A stretch of 28,227 nt of DNA from a virus (lineage: Duplodnaviria > Heunggongvirae > Uroviricota > Caudoviricetes), in the IMG/VR virus record IMGVR_UViG_3300029286_001043, positions 1 through 28,227 of that record, one strand, 5' to 3'. The position numbers and the translations under genes are program-made. Under the pieces are notes generated by a model. That model made no database searches and was not told the DNA's origin. It saw only the letters and a program-made list of their open reading frames with translations. Below, one piece after another: positions 27,104-28,227 of the stretch (positions are counted from its first letter, which is position 1; each line of letters starts with the position of its first letter).

Positions 27104-27339
27104 AGTATTTTGCTATGTAATAATTCCTGAACCTTAGCCGGTACTGCCTTATCTGAATTTAAAATACCTTCTAAAACCTTCTGTACTTCGGTATCTTTAG
27201 ATATTACTTTCAATCCTTCGTTCATACATTTCTCTAGCAACGTGCTTACTGGAGTTCCTGGGAAATGCTGAACATAGTCATTCAATATAGGTAATAATAA
27301 CTTATATATATTTAAATCTCGCTGCTCATTAAGGTTCAT
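27100..27339 (-). CDS. Hypothetical protein
   Basis: 79-aa ORF overlapping both neighbours. Confidence 0.65.
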   Translation of the reverse strand: MNLNEQRDLNIYKLLLPILNDYVQHFPGTPVSTLLEKCMNEGLKVISKDTEVQKVLEGILNSDKAVPAKVQELLHSKIL

Positions 27340-27595
27340 TTATATTAGGATTAATATTGTCTTTAAAATGTTTTGACGCTTCACCATTAGTAATCTTTTT
27401 TGCACTAACTATATCCCCGTCATTCTTTTTCTTCCATTCTGCAAAACATTTATCACAAAACCAAGCATGCGCCATTCCTTCAGCCCATTTAACTTCAATA
27501 GACGGCGGATTACTACAATTCATACACTTACTTCTACTATGACTTTCGTTAATTACCAAACTAAGTATTCCGATTAAATCTCGATTTTCGTTCAT
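27329..27595 (-). CDS. Small CxxC...CxxC zinc-finger protein; likely start MNENRD at 27595
   Basis: CMNC-x19-CDKC; a G-rich RBS-like sequence precedes 27595. Confidence 0.7.
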   Translation of the reverse strand: MNENRDLIGILSLVINESHSRSKCMNCSNPPSIEVKWAEGMAHAWFCDKCFAEWKKKNDGDIVSAKKITNGEASKHFKDNINPNINEP

Positions 27596-27713
27596 ATCGC
27601 CCGTCCCCACTATGACTATTTAACCATTTTAATATTGGCAACATCCAAGTCGGCTGTCCACAATCTACCCATATTGCCCACCAGATATAATGAAATGGCT
27701 TAAGTATTTCCAT
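27561..27713 (-). CDS. Small Trp-rich ORF, 50 aa, not in the ORF track (MEILKPFHYIWWAIWVDCGQPTWMLPILKWLNSHSGDGRYERKSRFNRNT)
   Basis: Starts with a TAATG overlap on the upstream stop and fills the only ~100-nt gap in the region. Translated by hand. Confidence 0.45.
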   Translation of the reverse strand: MEILKPFHYIWWAIWVDCGQPTWMLPILKWLNSHSGDGRYERKSRFNRNT

Positions 27714-28227
27714 TACTTCTTTTTCTCTTCTTTCTTAACCTCGGGCGGCAGCGAGTCAATAGTATCTCGAATATTGCCGAAAAATCCATTGTTGAATATT
27801 CCTTGAATTGGATATACAACAGTACCAGCAATTCTGACTACTCGGGAATAATATCCCAATTCATTCAACAACTCGTCATCATCTACAATAATAAACTGAG
27901 TTACCCTAAAACTTAAATTTACGAAAGTATGAAGAGTCAATTCAATCCCTTCATATGTCGACTTCAATATATCCCCAACTATATATTCATATTGAGCTAA
28001 TGTTGGTACCATATTCAGTGAAGTCGTATTTTCAATTGCATCTACTAATAACTGCATATTACCTATTTCGCCAGACTCTTTCATCTGTTTTATTATCTTA
28101 TCTGAATCTCTTCTATAATTCAAAGAAGAGATTGCACATTTAGCATACTGCTCAGCAGTAGTACCTGGGAATTCTTGTCTCCATGCATTTACCGATCTCA
28201 ATATTACCTGTACTTGAGGAACCTTGA
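27713..28227 (-). CDS. Hypothetical protein, probably 5'-truncated by the window edge
   Basis: The frame stays open from the TTG at 28201 to the window end (KVPQVQVILRSVNAW...). Confidence 0.7.
   Translation of the reverse strand, partial: KVPQVQVILRSVNAWRQEFPGTTAEQYAKCAISSLNYRRDSDKIIKQMKESGEIGNMQLLVDAIENTTSLNMVPTLAQYEYIVGDILKSTYEGIELTLHTFVNLSFRVTQFIIVDDDELLNELGYYSRVVRIAGTVVYPIQGIFNNGFFGNIRDTIDSLPPEVKKEEKKK

Noticed and set aside
1753-27542. Plus-strand ORFs in the track (e.g. 1753..1980, 3559..3870, 9373..9588, 14525..14770, 24454..24711, 25417..25734)
   Set aside because: All lie antisense within well-supported minus-strand genes and show no recognisable motifs; treated as shadow ORFs.

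Overview
A 28 kb, AT-rich piece of a contractile-tailed (myovirus-type) phage genome with T4-like structural gene families, read in genetic code 11. All credible genes lie on the minus strand, tightly packed, with TAATG/ATGA overlaps and strong AGGAGG-type RBSs. In transcription order (right to left): (i) small and acidic proteins, several with capsid-targeting/prohead-protease-like N-termini, including a DUF5661 protein and an NNNPxN-type putative muralytic virion protein; (ii) a cupin, a GIY-YIG homing endonuclease, a membrane protein, a neck/adaptor protein and a tail terminator; (iii) sheath, a second free-standing endonuclease, tube, tube initiator, a gp26/gp51-like chaperone pair with a candidate frameshift, tape measure, gp48-, gp53-, gp27- and gp5-like proteins, PAAR, a Gly-rich fibre, gp25, gp6/J and wedge proteins, and a short fibre anchor. 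The standout is 409-4432. At the position where a distal tail fibre/receptor-binding gene would be expected, a 265-aa protein with three HIxELR repeats and a C-terminal region holding 16 Cys in 124 aa overlaps three consecutive radical SAM/SPASM genes, and a BppU-like structural gene follows. This looks like a phage-encoded RiPP-like post-translational modification system, possibly acting on a virion protein. Family assignments come from motif recognition only; no database searches were run.
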